DNA of 64,000 nucleotides from Pseudovirgaria hyperparasitica (Eukaryota): NCBI GenBank assembly GCA_010093815.1, contig ML996575.1; one strand, 5' to 3'. Shown piece by piece: positions 62,080 to 64,000 of this stretch (position 1 is its first letter; each line of letters starts with the position of its first letter). The notes under the pieces were generated by a model. It saw only the letters and a program-made list of their open reading frames with translations, ran no database searches and was not told where the DNA came from. The position numbers and the translations under genes were made by a program.

Positions 62080-64000
62080 TTATCGGAGAGTAATGGTTTC
62101 GATCTGCCGCTCGAGACGTTTGATGCCCAGTTTAAAGCTATGTTTCTCTTTCGTGGAGTCATAGACAGCTTCGCCATCCATCACAGAGGCAATGTAGATA
62201 GGTCCCACGACATTGTAAAATCCGTCCCCAAGCGGCCTTAGTATCATGGGCATAGAACAGCCATAGATTATCCAGGCCTCATCTACGATATCATCTGGCA
62301 AACAGCAGACTAAAGTCACGTTCTCGGCAATGCCAAGCGCGTGGCTTTGGAGAAGCACGATCCGGCCGGTCAAAATGTCTGATCTGCACATGTAAACATA
62401 CATGAGCCGCACTCCGCCATTGAAACTCTCCTTGTCGAAACTACCGTCCTGGTCAGCGGCCAGGAGATACTCCTGCAAGTTATCCATATCCGTACCACGA
62501 AGACTGGCCTCTCTGAGGCGGTCACGGAACGCCTGAAACGCAACAGCGAAATCACCTCGATACATTCGGAAATAGGCTTTCTCGTCCTCGAAAGACTTTT
62601 CTTTGTATTCGGTCGAGGACCGATACATGAGCGTATACAGCCATTGCGCTGTTCCAAGGATCAGATCGCCTCCAGGAGACAGTGCGTCTAGATGATCAAA
62701 TATGTCAAGGATCTTTTGTGCTCTTCCATTCACTGGCGGATAGGCGAACCGGAGTCCGTCGAGTTTGATTGCTCGAACCCGCATACACCATTCGTCATCT
62801 TTGAGAAAGCGATCTCGACCCAGAGGACAAGGCCTCGGGCCTGAAGCTTCATGCCGAAATGGTTCGAATTTGGACTTAGTGAGTAGCCCGTCCATCCAAT
62901 TCGGAATCCAAGTCGGCAGAAAAGATTGATAAAGAGAGCCATTAGAACCGCGCCACTGGACCTGGTCCGAACAGCGTCGTACATATGGGAGGTACTCGAC
63001 ATAGTTGTGTTTCTTGCAGCGATCTAGAGCGTATCTGAAAGTTCTTGCTATAGTCCAGTCATAGTCCCCATCGGCAAGAAGAGGATCGATGTCGTGCGCC
63101 AGCCCATACAATGCAAAAATACGGTCTCTTGGGTCAGATGTATGAAGTTTGCCCAGTTCGAGAACCAGATTCAGGAGACTTCCTATATATGGAATCGGTC
63201 CACCCTTTGAATCGGCCACGGCAGCTGCTTTCATCCAATCTCGGTAGTCGCGCCTGTACGAGATGAAACTTTTAGAGGGTATCGCAAGACTCACAATGTG
63301 TTTCAACTTCTTCTCCCATCTGCTATTCAAAGCATGTCGCTCAGGATCCTTCGTCGGACTCACATACTCCGTTTTCACCTCTGCAAGTGCATGTTGAAAA
63401 GTGAATAAACCTGTTCCCGTTATGATAGTGCTCTGACAATGCACAACGACATGATTCGCCATTAACAGCTCTTGCTGGGTCCATAACCGAGTCCAATAAT
63501 CGTCGGCCATAATGCCATCCAGAGGATTCCATAGAGATGGATCGTGTCCTAGCAGTACATGAGCATTCTTTGCAAGGGTTGCCATAGTGATCTCTATTTC
63601 TTCCTCCTGTTCTGCAATCGCCTCGAATTGGGCCAGATGCTTGACACATGGCTCCATGGGGTCAAGAAATTGGTCTATCCAGACCCTGACCCATTGAGCT
63701 TGTGTGTATATGCATTTTGTCATACCAACGTACATTTTTCTCTCGTCGCTGTCTCGTTGGTTGATGCACAAGTCGCGGATCCATAGCCGAATTGGTTTCT
63801 CCTCGTCTCTAATGTCACGGAGGGCTTTCAGGGTATTGGGAGCAACCCCTGACCAGTGATGCCCAGCCGATTCGTTGCTACAGCCAAGTAGGACTCTTTC
63901 GCTAGACTTTCCGGCCATATATGACACAGCGTCAAATATCGGTTCTGTGTTCAGGGATACGACGATCAAGTGACCCTCCAGAGGCATATCACGTTTTCCA
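62080..64000 (-). CDS. HET-domain (HET-6-like) protein, 5' end probably outside the window
   Basis: FDAVSYMAG, LWIRDLCINQ, IYTQAQWVRVW, YWTRLWTQQELLMA, SDPRDRIFALYGL, LPTWIPNW, GCSMPMILRP; frame open to the window end. Confidence 0.88.
   Translation of the reverse strand, partial: GKRDMPLEGHLIVVSLNTEPIFDAVSYMAGKSSERVLLGCSNESAGHHWSGVAPNTLKALRDIRDEEKPIRLWIRDLCINQRDSDERKMYVGMTKCIYTQAQWVRVWIDQFLDPMEPCVKHLAQFEAIAEQEEEIEITMATLAKNAHVLLGHDPSLWNPLDGIMADDYWTRLWTQQELLMANHVVVHCQSTIITGTGLFTFQHALAEVKTEYVSPTKDPERHALNSRWEKKLKHIVSLAIPSKSFISYRRDYRDWMKAAAVADSKGGPIPYIGSLLNLVLELGKLHTSDPRDRIFALYGLAHDIDPLLADGDYDWTIARTFRYALDRCKKHNYVEYLPYVRRCSDQVQWRGSNGSLYQSFLPTWIPNWMDGLLTKSKFEPFRHEASGPRPCPLGRDRFLKDDEWCMRVRAIKLDGLRFAYPPVNGRAQKILDIFDHLDALSPGGDLILGTAQWLYTLMYRSSTEYKEKSFEDEKAYFRMYRGDFAVAFQAFRDRLREASLRGTDMDNLQEYLLAADQDGSFDKESFNGGVRLMYVYMCRSDILTGRIVLLQSHALGIAENVTLVCCLPDDIVDEAWIIYGCSMPMILRPLGDGFYNVVGPIYIASVMDGEAVYDSTKEKHSFKLGIKRLERQIETITLR

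Noticed and set aside
1..64000. tRNA/rRNA genes, intact transposons, Starship captain, PKS/NRPS
   Set aside because: No recognisable signatures seen by eye; tRNAscan and repeat searches were not run.

Overview
Eukaryotic genomic DNA from a filamentous ascomycete (short GT-AG introns with CTRAY branch points, a Zn2Cys6 factor, HET domains, RIP-like mutation). The window has two parts. (1) ~1-30.7 kb is accessory-like. It holds MFS transporters (one decayed), a divergent intronless ribosomal P1 paralog, PEBP, a GH95 alpha-fucosidase, SDRs, a HET-domain relic, an atypical kinase-like gene, and a UbiA-type terpene cyclase/prenyltransferase with a Zn2Cys6 TF and an NmrA-like gene. It ends in a 7-kb island with three secreted proteins and an ankyrin protein. 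(2) ~31-61.7 kb is mostly conserved housekeeping genes: myosin I, polo kinase, OPA3, NDUFAF7-like, dynamitin, LSD1-like, CreB DUB, dUTPase, pyridoxal kinase and PCNA. A HET-domain gene follows at the right edge. The best leads are in the island at 23.8-30.7 kb. One is a secreted, Kex2-processed protein whose motifs line up in order with the CD38/ADP-ribosyl cyclase (Tox-ARC) NAD-consuming fold; it is divergently paired with a cytosolic ankyrin protein, a possible toxin-immunity pair. The other is a secreted precursor that would release a strongly cationic amphipathic C-terminal peptide after a KR site, a candidalysin/AMP-like layout. All family calls come from motif recognition by eye; no searches were run. 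Exon boundaries were inferred by hand.
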